From NCBI GenBank assembly GCA_025594325.1, contig JANHCV010000002.1, forward strand, positions 2,480,001-2,544,000: 64,000 nucleotides of DNA. The letters are read 5' to 3'. The stretch's first letter is position 1, and each line of letters begins with the position of its first letter. The notes under the pieces are model-generated. The model did no database searches and was not told where the DNA came from. It saw only the letters and a program-made list of their open reading frames with translations. The position numbers and the translations under genes are program-made. This DNA comes from Blastocladiella emersonii ATCC 22665. Lineage: Eukaryota; Fungi; Blastocladiomycota. This document shows, piece by piece, positions 22,880-33,799 of this stretch.

Positions 22880-25800
22880 ATGTCTATGACCTCGTTCACG
22901 CTGGGCCCGGCGCCCTTCTCGACGCGCACCTTCGTGCGGCGGCCGGGCGTCGGCAAGGTCGGCACGCCCGTCAAGGTGCTGGCCAACCACTACGCGCTGT
23001 CGCTCATCGACAACATCACCGTGTTCCACTACGACGTGGTCGTGACGCCCGAGCCGACCAAGTCGCTCGCGCGCAAGGTGTGGGCCGAGTGGGAGACGCA
23101 GCACGGCGCCAAGCTCGGCATCACGGCCGCGTACGACGGCGTCAAGAACGTCTTCGTGCCCAAGCAGCTGCCGCAGGACACCATGACCTTCACGGTCGCG
23201 CTGCCCGCCACGGCCGAGGGCAAGCGCGCCAAGGAGTTCAAGATGACGCTCAAGCTCGCGTCGTCCATCAACCGTGCGTTTCGCGATTTCGCCGTGAGTG
23301 CATGCGCGCGCTGATCACCGCTCACATCACACACTAGTCTCGGAGCTCTCCTCGTTCCTCGACAAGCGCACCTCGCTCTCCAACAACGTCCTGACCTCGA
23401 TCATGGCCCTCGACGTCGTGTTCCGCCAGACCCCGCTGCAGCGCATGCTGGTACGCGTTCCCGCGCCCGCGTTCGCGCGGTCTCGCCTCATCCATCATCC
23501 ACGCGTGTCTCACCCACCCCTCCCCGTCTAGCCCGCCGGCCGCTCCTTCTTCGACCCCAAGTCGCGCCCCTTCGACCTCGGCGGCGGCCTCAACCTGCTG
23601 TCGGGCCTGTTCATGTCGGTGCGCCCGGGCGTCGGCACCATGACCCTCAACACGGACACGGCCTACACGGCCTTCTACAAGCCGATCCGCATGGTCGATT
23701 TCGCCCGCGAACTCCTCGGCCGCGCCTTCCCGCCCGCCAGCCAGGAGCTCTCGCCGCGCGACCTCGTCCGCCTCGAGAAGATGGTCCGCCTGCTCGTCGT
23801 CACGGCCACCCACCGCGGCGCCCTCAACCCGCGGTTCCGCGTCCTCAAGCTCACCCGCACCTCGGCCAACAACACCAAGTTCACCCTGTCGCCCAACGCA
23901 CCGCCGCCCGAGCCCGAGGGCATCGAGCACGAGGAGGGCACCGTGCCCGCCAAGGGCAGCGCCAAGGGTGCGGGCAAGGGCGGCGCCAAGGGTGGGGCCC
24001 CCGCCAAGGGCGCCGCTGGTGCTGGTGCTGGTGCTGCCGCCGCCCCGCCGCAGTCGGCCGGCGGCAAGAAGGGCGCCAAGGGTGCCGGTGCTGCAGCCGG
24101 CGGCGGCGTCGGCGCGGCCGCGGCGGGCATCGCGCGCATGACGGTCGGCGGCAAGCCGCGCGAGGTGACCGTGTTGGCGTACATGAGCGAGACGTACCAG
24201 ATCAAGCTGCAGTTCCCGAACCTGCCGTGCCTCGTGGTCGGCACGCCGCAGCGGCAGACGTACCTGCCCATGGAGCTGGCCATCATCGACGACGGGCAAA
24301 AGTACCGCGGCAAGCTGACCGAGGACCAGACGTCCAACGTGATCAAGGTCGCGGCCAAGAAGCCGCTCGAGCGCATGGCGCAGCTCAAGCAGCTCATCGC
24401 GACCACGGCCAACATGGGCGGCGACCCGTACCTCAAGGCGTTCGGCGTCAAGGTGTGGCCCGACCTCATGGCGATCCAGGGCCGGTTCCTGTCGACGCCC
24501 AAGCTGCAGATTGGCGGCAACAAGACGACGGTGCCGCGCGACGGCGCGTGGAACTTCACCAACGCGCGCGTCACGCAGGGCGCGCGCATCTCGGCCGTGG
24601 GCGTGGTCAGCTTCGCCGACCCGCGGTACCTGCCCGAGGACCGCGTCGAGGAGAAGATGGACGAGCTGTTCGACATGTGCGAGTCCATGGGCCTCGCCTT
24701 CAACCCGAACAAGAAGACCAAGACCCAGTACCCGATCCGCACCGCGCGGGCCGGCCGCGGCGGGTTCGGGCCCGAGGCCATCAAGGCCGCCATGGACGAG
24801 ATCTACCGCGAGACCGAGGCCACGTTCGGCCAGCGGCCCGACCTCATCGTCGTGATCCTGCCGCGCAAGGAGACCCCGCTGTACGCCGAGGTCAAGCGCG
24901 TCGGCGACATTGAGCTCGGGTGCCCGACCCAGTGCCTCGTCCAGGCCAAGATCGACCGCGCCAACGGCCAGTACTGGGCCAACGTGGTCCTCAAGATCAA
25001 CGTCAAGGTGCTCGGCACGGGCGCCGCCGCCCCGAACACGACCAACTTTGCCCTAGCCCAGTCCAAGTATTTCGGCACCGATTCGGTGATGCTCATCGGC
25101 GCCGACGTGTCGCACCCGGCGCCCGGCGCCGGCCACGCGTCGCTCGCGTCCATGGTCGCCTCCATGGACCCCAAGTGCGCGGGCCGGTACTCGGCCGAGG
25201 TGCGGGCGCAGCCGTCGCGCCAGGAGGAGATTGCCGACGTGCGCGGCATGTTCGCGGCGCTGCTGCGGCGGTACCACACGGCCAACAACAAGACGTTCCC
25301 CAAGAAGATAGTCTTCTACCGCGACGGCGTGTCCGAGGGCCAGTTCGACATTGTGCTCAAGGGCGAGCTCGAGGGCATCCGGTCGGTGCTCAAGAAGGCG
25401 GGCGCCTACGACCAGACGCGCATCACCTTCGTCACGGTGCAGAAGCGCCACCACACGCGCTTCTTCGCCACCAACCCGAGCGACAACGACCGGTCGGGCA
25501 ACCTCAAGGCCGGGCTCGTCGTCGACACGGGCGTCACGCACCCGACCGACTTTGACTTTTTCCTGCAGTCGCAGGCCGGGCTCCAGGGCACGTCGCGCCC
25601 GACGCGCTACGTGGTCCTGCATGACGAGAACATCTGGACCGCCGACGACCTGCAGCTCTTCACGTACCACCTGTGCTACACATACGCCCGGTGCACGCGG
25701 TCCGTCAGCGTCGCGCCGCCCGCCTACTACGCGCACCTCGTCTCGTTCCGCTCCCGCCACCACCTCCTGTCGACCGAGACCGGGTCCGACACGGCGTCCG

Positions 25801-25892
25801 TGTCCACGTCGCGCTCCGGCGAAAAGGACTCGCCCGCCGCCGAGCTCGCCAAGGTCCACGCTAACCTCACCGCGTCCATGTACTACATGTGA
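22880..25892 (+). CDS. AGO: Eukaryotic Argonaute (N-L1-PAZ-L2-MID-PIWI) with an intact DEDH tetrad
   Basis: Three exons (introns about 23274-23337 and 23451-23531). Motifs KVLANHY, YLPMEL, KRVGDIELGCPTQC, KINVK, IGADVSHP (D), RQEEI (E), FYRDGVSEGQF (D), VQKRHHTRFF, GTSRPTRY, RCTRSVSVAPPAYYAHLVS (H) and C-terminal MYYM. Confidence 0.97.
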
Positions 25893-26365
25893 GGCGTCGG
25901 GTCGGGGTGCGAGCGGGTGGTGTGGTGGTGATTGTTGTTGTGATGGCGGCACGCGGTGGCCGCTGAGTCTCGAGTGTGTGGCTGTGAATGTATCGATCTA
26001 TTCCTTGTCTTGACTCGATGCCCTTTGATTGAGTCGGCGAGTTGTTGGTGGTGGGCCGTTCAGTTGAACGATCGGCAAGCCGCAGAGCGGAGACGCGTCG
26101 CTCATCTGCACGTGAAGGATACTCCCACGCACCGCCGCGCTCCCACGGCAGCGTCCAGGCTGGCATCACCCTTCCTCGATCGCACTGGTACAGGCAACGC
26201 AGAACAAGGTCAGGGGGGTTTCTGACCAGGTGCGCACTGAGTGCCGTGTGGCCCAGTGCGGCGCCTGCGGGCTGATCGGAGGGCCTTGTGCTCCCCGTCT
26301 CGGTCAAGTCGTGCGCCTCGGGCAACTGACGAACTACGTTATCGACACAACACTCCCTCTATGCA

Positions 26366-29300
26366 ATGCACTCTTGGCAGACTACGCGCTCAACAACGTC
26401 CACGCCGCACGCCGGATCCTCGCTCGTCGGTCACGGGCCGCAGCGACGTGTTCGAGCGGCCGTGGCGGGAGTGACGAGCGACGATGCGCCGAGCCACGCG
26501 ACGCGTGCTGCATCGGCGCCCGTCGTACACGGCGTGGTCCCCTTCGTCACGCGTTTCGTCGTCGATCCGCGGCTCAGCCACGGCGGACCGGCTGCTTCGT
26601 CCGATGGTCATCAACCGCGCGAGCAGTCTTCGCGGCAAAGCACGCGCGGCGGCGGCGGCGGCGACCTCGAACAGTTCGCGGTCTCGCGCCTGTACCCCCT
26701 GTGGCGCCTTCGTCGCGTCATCGTGGCCATGACAGCCGGGTTCGTCGTCCTACTGCTCGGCGTGGGTGCGTGTTCCTGCGGGCCCGCATCGGGCATGGAA
26801 CTGACGCTTTGCCGCGACCGACCAGCGCTTGGCACCGTCCTCTTCGTATGGTTCCGCAGCGTGGAGCACAACTACGCCCACGCCGAGGTCCAGCGACGGT
26901 GCGGGTCGCTGGCCGACGCGCTCAAGCTCGACTTTGACACGAACCTCAACACCTACGTACTGTCGAAACTTTCGCTTGGTCGCGCCGACGGTACATGCTC
27001 TGACCATCGTTTGTGCGTAGCTCATTGACTTTGCAGGGTACATGGCCACGGCCGGCGCGATGACGAATGGTGCGTGTGATTCGGCTCCTGCTTTCGTTCC
27101 TTTCGACTGACGCGAATCGCCTCGGATATGCAGCGACCATGGACACGTTCGCGCGCAACGCGTCCAGCCAGTCGGATCGACTCTTCGCCGTGCAGCTCGG
27201 CCCGCTCGTGCCGGCTCCCGACTCGGACGCTTACCGTCGTCGCTTCCACCTTCCGATCGTGCAGCCTCCACCTTCCGCGCTCATGCTCACTTCGATCCCC
27301 ATCACCTTGCGGCTCGGGTACGTTCTCACTCGTAAGGTGCCACCTCCCGTTGCACTGACGTAATCGATTCTCCAGCATCGACGCATCCCGCCCCTTCTTC
27401 TTCCCGGCCGGCTTCGATCTACAAGCTCCAAGCGAGTTCTCGCGTGCGGTTCTCGACGCTCTCAGTTCGACACACGCTGTGCTTGCTTTCCAGGATCTGC
27501 CCGACTCGCTGGTCCCGGACCCGCGCGAGCGGATCTACATCTTCGCGGGCATCCGGAACGCCGTCGACCCGGACTTCAGCATGTGGGTCCTCGTGGCCTC
27601 GGTCAAATCACAGTCCATCTTTGCCAGCGATTTCTCCCGCGTCACGGTCGGCGAGCTGACCGTCGAGCTGCACGACCAGGACACGGCGCTGCTTCTCTAC
27701 TCGGTCGTCAACGCGAGCCCGACGCTGGGCGACCCGGTGCGCGTCGCCATACACATTGTCGACCGCACCTGGGTCGTGTCGTGCACCAGCACCGCGGCGC
27801 ACCGCGCGTCGTTTGCGACGCCGTGGCCGGTCGTGCTTCTCGTTCTCGTTCTCGCGATCGCATCGGTGGCCGCCGAGCTCGTGCGCCGCGGCCTCCTTCG
27901 CCTGCTCACAGCGCGCAGCGTCGAGCACCACGTCCAGCAGCAGGCCGCGCTTGTCCGGGCCATACGCCACTACTCGACCGGGATCCTGCGCGCCGTCCGC
28001 GACCCGCTGATCGCACTCGACGGCCACGGGTACATTGTCGGTCTCAACGACGCTGCATTCGAAAAGCTCGGGCTCGCGGGCGAGCCTGGGCTTGGCCGCG
28101 CCCATGTCCGTGGCGTCGTTCATACTGTGGCCTCGCCGTTGACGACCCTCGCGCCCGGGACCTACGAGGTTGGCCCGGTCGGCCATCCCGACCGCTCGTT
28201 CTTTGCCGAGGTGACCGCGTCCGAGGTCACCAGCAGCAAGCGCGACGAGCTCGCGCAGGTCCTGATCCTGCACGACGTGTCCGAGCGGATCTGGCTGCTC
28301 GACGAGAACCAGGACACCGAGGCCGCGGCCAACCGCGCAAGCGGGATCAAGGAGCATCTGCTTCATGGTGTCGCTCACGACCTCGCTGCAACGGCCCAGC
28401 TTGTCACTCAGCTTTTTGCACGCTTCTCGCTTGTCGATCCGCCGCCTCCAGGCGCTGCTCGCGCCCGAACCTCGTCCCACTTGCTGTCAACCTTTGCCGC
28501 GTTTGTTGACGAGCTCCTCGCCGAGGGCCAGCCCGAATGCAGCAACGCAGACCGCTTGACTTGTCCTGCCGACCTACACGCGATGCTCGACAGCTCGATT
28601 GAGTTGTGCCGCGACCGCATTGACTCGCTCGGCCTTCGTGTGCAAGCGTGGATTCATGGCGGCGCCCACGACTTTGACGGGTGCAGCTGCACCCTTCGCC
28701 GCGCTGTCAACATCGCCACCTTCGTTGCCGTCTACGGCGCTCGACCTGGCTCGGCCATCGATCTCGAACTCGGATTCGCCGCGTCGACGGCCACGGCCGC
28801 GTCCACGGTGTGGTTTTGCGCGCGCGGCTCGAGCAGCATCCCGTTCCCGCGCTCCGAACTCTTCACTCATCCTGAACCCCCTCGTGATCGATACGCCGAC
28901 CCTGATGCGCGCCTCGCTCGGTTCCTCGCGGACACGCTGAGCCTCGCCCTCACCACCCTCGGCGCGCTCTTGCAGTCGTCGGGCGGGAGTATCCTCCAGT
29001 TTGACCATCCGGACCGAAGGGGGATCAACTTCGTGCTGCCTCTCCAGCGCCGGCCCGGGTGCGATCGAACACGGCCTCCTCGTGGCCTTGGCGCAGATGT
29101 GCCTGACGGCGAGTCAGTCAGCTCGAGCAGGCCAAAGTGCCGCCGCAGTCGGACAACAACGAGCACGCCGCCACCGCCACCGCCAGCAGGTGTACGCGAC
29201 TACCCCGCTGCTCCTGCCGCTGAGGGCAACCATCCCTCAGTGCGCCTCGGCCAGTTCGGTGATAGTGGTACCGGTGCGCGGTCCAGTCTCGACGAGCGCA

Positions 29301-29467
29301 TCGCGTCCGGGTCCCAGCACGCCGGCGCTGCTGATGCCGACCTGAACGGCAATGCGCCACCCGGCGAGCGCGAACGGTGTGTCGAGGCCGGGCTCAACAC
29401 GTCCCTGGCCAAACCGCTCGAAAGGCCCGTGCTTTGTGAAGTGCGCGTCGAGATGGGGTCGCTTTGA
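26366..29467 (+). CDS. CHASE-PAS hybrid histidine-kinase-like membrane receptor with degenerate HisKA/HATPase/receiver domains
   Basis: Several short introns in 26766-27375; internal exon junctions are approximate. TM1, then CHASE-like TMDTFAR...VQLGPLV...AGFDL...RAVLDA...IVDRTWVVSC, then TM2 and PAS (GILRAVRDPLIALDGHGYIVGLNDAA...ILHDVSER). HisKA-like KEHLLHGVAHDL and a receiver remnant LNGNA...ERERCVEAGLNTSLAKP follow. Confidence 0.72.
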
Positions 29468-29709
29468 TGAAGGGCGGAGAAAACCGCGAATGTATGCCGT
29501 AACTTGTTTTCGTCTCCCTTCTGCAAGGCCGCCGTGGTTGTGGACCGCGAGGCCGTGGACCTCGCCCGCGCGTTCGTGGCCGGGCAGTCTCGCAAGCTTT
29601 AAATTCGAGGTTGGCGAGTGACTGTGGCACACGCGAGCGATTGGATCGCCGACGAACGCGAAAAATGTGGCCGCCGCGTGTGCGTGCGCGTGTGTGCGTG
29701 CCTGACACA

Positions 29710-29724
29710 CTGAAACGCGACGCG
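29710..29724 (+). promoter_or_regulatory. Shared 15-mer CTGAAACGCGACGCG, copy 1
   Basis: Exact copy, about 530 nt upstream of the 30257 ATG. Function is inferred only. Confidence 0.45.
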
Positions 29725-30256
29725 TCCCGGCACGATTGGCGGCGCCTCGCTCTCGACGGCAACTACTCTCCTGCGACGAAAAGTGCAAGAGCTCCGAGTC
29801 TCGGCAGTCGCTATTTCCTTTAGGGTCGAGCAGCGAGCGAACTGACCGTGGTTCGCGCATCGGCGAGTCTGATGGCCAGGTCGCGGCGGCGGCAGTGCCA
29901 TACCACGCAGTTTCCGACTGCGAATCGAGGGGGCGAAATCTCGCCTATATGACGCGAATGGCACATGGCGTGATGGGGTGTGTGATGCCGAGGCTGTTGA
30001 GTGTGTGTCACGTGTGTTTTTGATACAGGATCGAATTTGAGCCGTTCTCTCGGAACGTTCTCACGCGCGGTGCTCGCTTGGGGTCACTCCCTGGATTGAG
30101 GCCCGGTCCCTGGGCGTGCGCGTGCGTCTGTGAGCCTGCATCGGGCGCATCGCATCGCATTGAGGATCAGGGGACGCGCTCTCAAAAGCCGGTCCCGCCC
30201 CCCTGTGTTCCGTTCCCTCGCTCTCAACCCAACACTTCGACGAAACACTAGCAACT

Positions 30257-31090
30257 ATGTTCAACCCTGACGTGCCGCCACCCGCGATCGACGACCCGAC
30301 CGGCCTCACGCTCCCAACCTACAACGAGACCGAGGGCGTCGCCGTGGTCGTATCGCTGTCGGGGAGCGACCAACTGTGCATCACGGGGCTCGACGGCAAG
30401 CACGACGTCGAGGCCGTCGAGTCGGTGCTCCGGACCGTCTGGACGCGCGGCATCTACCGGTTCAAGCGCGCGAGCCGGCCGCTGACGTCCGACGCGGTGA
30501 GCGGCCTGACGACGCTCGACTGCACGTACACGCTGCGCGGCAACCCGTGGTCGGGGACGGGCGAGGAGGCCGTCGAGTCGCGCGCGCTGGTCGCGGCCCT
30601 GTTCCGCGTGCTGCTCGAGCGTGGGTGGCGCTTGTACCTGGCGACGGATGTGAGCAGCGGGCCGCGCGACAAGGACAGCTGGATCTTCCTGCGCGCGCGG
30701 CCCATCGTGTTCGCGGACCCGAGCGACGTGTTCGTGGTCTCGTTCAACAAGGCCGACCGGATCCGCCTGATCGGCGCGCCCGCGGGCGTCGCGGCGATCG
30801 TCGCGGGCGCGGTGCCCGAGTACTGGCGCAAGGGCGTCGAGGGCGTCCGCGACGCAAAGGGCGGGCGCGCCGTCGAGGTCAAACTCGGCGGACATCCGTG
30901 GTACGCGCGCGCCACGGGCGACGTCATGACTTCCAACATGATGCTCGCGCACCTCCTCGCGCGGCTGCGGAACCACGGGTTCACCGTGTACGCAGCGCTC
31001 GACATGTCCCACAACGTCGAGGGCCGCGGCGAGTGCGACAGCTGGGTCGTCGTGCGCGGGCTGCCCGACGGGTACCGGCTCGGCGCCTAG
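30257..31090 (+). CDS. Uncharacterised protein made of two tandem copies of an alpha/beta repeat
   Basis: Intronless and strongly codon-biased. Unit 1 is SLSGSDQLC...VW.RGI...LRGNPW...GWRL...DVS...DKDSWIF; unit 2 is SFNKADRIR...YW.KGV...LGGHPW...GFTV...DMS...ECDSWVV. Confidence 0.85.
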   Translation: MFNPDVPPPAIDDPTGLTLPTYNETEGVAVVVSLSGSDQLCITGLDGKHDVEAVESVLRTVWTRGIYRFKRASRPLTSDAVSGLTTLDCTYTLRGNPWSGTGEEAVESRALVAALFRVLLERGWRLYLATDVSSGPRDKDSWIFLRARPIVFADPSDVFVVSFNKADRIRLIGAPAGVAAIVAGAVPEYWRKGVEGVRDAKGGRAVEVKLGGHPWYARATGDVMTSNMMLAHLLARLRNHGFTVYAALDMSHNVEGRGECDSWVVVRGLPDGYRLGA

Positions 31091-31925
31091 CGGAAGCGGA
31101 TTCCACGACTGAGGACCAGCTGTGCTTACTCCGGCGGGATTAAGTCGGTTGAGAGCCTACTGAGCTCGTTGCATAAAGTTGCAAGAAGAAATACATTTTA
31201 TTCGTCACGACGGCGAGCGCGAGGGCGAAAACGCGGGTGGTTCTCGGCCACGTGTTATCCCGACGCGTCTCGCACGGCGAGCCGCGACGCCACGAAGCCA
31301 GCGCACGCGTTGCAACCACGTCAGTTTGCGATCTGGTATCGCTTTCCTGCTTGTCCCCTCCGTCAGCGATGCCGGCTGGGCCAGAACATGCGATCGTGGC
31401 CGCCGCGGAAAGTCTCGAGTCCGTTGGGGGCGCGCGGCTGGGAGACACGTCCTTGATCCCGCACCGTTGCTGCGCCGCCGTCCATATTCATGAATGTTCG
31501 CCTCCAACGGCAAGTTGACTGACATTGTAAGCGTTTTGAGACGCGGGTTTCATTCATCCACGAGCGCGGAGAAGGGTGGTTCGCGGCCAAGAAGCCCTGA
31601 TCAAGAGAGCGCGTGGTGGTCAGGGCCACGGTCCTGGCCATCAACCGACCAGCCTGTGAACCGACCAGTGGGTCGCCGAGGGAGGCAATCAGGCGGAAAG
31701 GAGACTGCTGGAAGGAAACAAGCGGCGCGGGTTCCGCAGCTCGCGGGATGGGAGACAAAAAGTCCGTCGATGGCGATGGCGCGCCCTTCTTCGCGCTGCT
31801 CCGGCCCTCAAACCGCGTTCGTCCCCAGACTGGTCATCCGGCGATCCACGATACATTATCGCTCCCCCTAGTCCTACTCCAGCCTCCCGTGCATCGATCC
31901 ACGCTTTTGCAACGCAAACAACATC

Positions 31926-33063
31926 ATGGGACTGACGGAGGTTGTTCTTGCGACTTGTCCGCCGCCGATGCACGAGACTCACATCTACTCCACACGCAAC
32001 AGGAGGTGTTTCTGTGGAGCCCGGCAAGCTTTCTTGCGGGCATGTCGTTTCTCGTCTACGGGCTCGCCCTGTACACGAGCAGCTCGCTGTTTGTGCGGAC
32101 CCGCACCAAGTACTATGCGGTGCTGTCCGGGCTGGCCATTGGCCGCATCTTCATCGCCGCCTGCCTGCTGGCCTCCCTCGCGTCGCCTGGAGGGGTCCCG
32201 ATCGAGCTCACGCGCTTCTCGAGTGTTGTCGAGGGGACGTACGGCGTCACGTTTATCTCCCTCAACGCGCTCCGGATGTACCGAACGTGCTACTTGAAGC
32301 ACAAACGCCCGGTGCAGGTACTCCTCACGCTCACGGGTATCACGCTGACGATGCAAGTCATCGCGACCATCTGGTTCCTTGTCGCCACGTGGAACACCTA
32401 CGACATGTACGACGGACCGGCGATTGACTTCTACCTGGGTGCGACCGCATGATTCTGATGTTCGACGGACGGTGACTGACGCGCCCATCGCTCCGAACCG
32501 TCTAGCCTGGAGCATTACCGACGCGGCGGTCAACTCGGTCATCTCCCTCTTCTTCGTCTACTTCCTGCGTCAACTCGCTGTTGCCCCGACCGGCATCGCG
32601 TCGATGCGCAGCGAAATGGTCGATTTGATTCGGCACATCCAGGTCATCCTGGTCGGCGAGGTGTCGCTGGCCCTCTTCGCGTCGATCGGGCGGCTGGCGG
32701 ACCCGAAATTTGATCCGAGCTGGTACAGCGTTATTCTGGCGGACGCGGTCCGCCTGCGCACTTTCAGCAGGTACGACCCAACCTTCTTCCGATCATTGTG
32801 CCCCCTATGCTGACCTGCGCGGCGAATGTAGCTTCCTGAGCGGCCTCAACCGCGTCATGAAGCGTGAGGTTCGAGGCAACGTGCGGGCCAGCACGACCGG
32901 TTCCATTGCTTCGGGTACCGGCTCACGCCTGTCAAAGACTACGACAAACCGGTCGTCCCCGCTTCGGGCTCAAAGGTCATTGCGTCGCGCCCTGTCGAGA
33001 GCTCGCACTGCGGCAACTCGTAGCGCGCGGAGATCTCGCCTGACTGCTTCGCTGATTGAATGA
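31926..33063 (+). CDS. Orphan seven-transmembrane (GPCR-like) protein, copy 1
   Basis: Introns 32439-32505 and 32771-32831 join seven hydrophobic segments (VFLWSPASFLAG... through DPSWYSVILADAVRL) and a basic Ser/Thr-rich tail. The start codon and first exon are uncertain. Confidence 0.7.
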
Positions 33064-33140
33064 TATGCCACAGTGGAGCTGGTTTGTGCATCAATATCGG
33101 TATAGATGCCGCTTTCAATGGTTGTTCGGATGAGCTGAAC

Positions 33141-33155
33141 CTGAAACGCGACGCG
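33141..33155 (+). promoter_or_regulatory. Shared 15-mer CTGAAACGCGACGCG, copy 2
   Basis: Exact copy, upstream of the F-box-like fragment and 7TM copy 2. Confidence 0.45.
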
Positions 33156-33391
33156 CCTCTCAATTCCGCGTGACTGGCATCATAATAAGTACCCCAGTTC
33201 ACGATCAAACGCGTTCATCCATCACCGCACGCCTCGGGGATCAGTGTATGCAAGCCCTGTGTGGCAATGAGACTCACCTGAGCTGCATCCATACGTGCGG
33301 TGCAGGTGTATGCCCACCCCGCGTTTGCTCTTCCTTTCTTCCGCCTGCCGCCGCTCTCAACAATGCAGCGTCGTGTACCCATGTTACTACC

Positions 33392-33799
33392 ATGAAGCTT
33401 CCACGTTTACCGATTGAGCTTGTCGAGGCAAGACTTGTCCTCGCTTACCGTGATGCAACCCGTGATGCCCGCCCCATCCACTTCTACTGTCATTGTCTCT
33501 TGATTTTGCAGCCTTGTGGCAGATTTTCTGTCGCTGACGTCCAAAGTTACGTTGCCTCATGCTGCACCAAGCTCGCGCACCGCATGGACGCCGTTGCCGA
33601 GCTGCGCGAGTACCTGAACGTTATACCCGGACTTGATCGCATTCGCCGATTGCTGTTCAACGAACTGCCCGGAGCGTCACTCATGCACGCCTTCGTCGAC
33701 GATCGCGTGGTCATGTCGGGCCTTACGACTTCGCCTTGCTACTTTGATGAGCGAGCGCTACTCAGCAACTATTTCAATGGAGCCCCGCAAGCTTCTTGA
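33392..33799 (+). pseudogene. Possible F-box-like gene fragment overlapping the start of 7TM copy 2 in another frame
   Basis: MKLPRLPIELVEARLVLAY resembles an F-box start (LP.EL). The ORF is short and weakly codon-biased. Confidence 0.22.

Noticed and set aside
22880-25892. Prokaryotic-type Argonaute defence operon
   Set aside because: The gene has spliceosomal introns and eukaryotic Argonaute motifs. Its neighbours are GPI16 and a receptor gene, not nuclease, TIR or SIR2 effectors.
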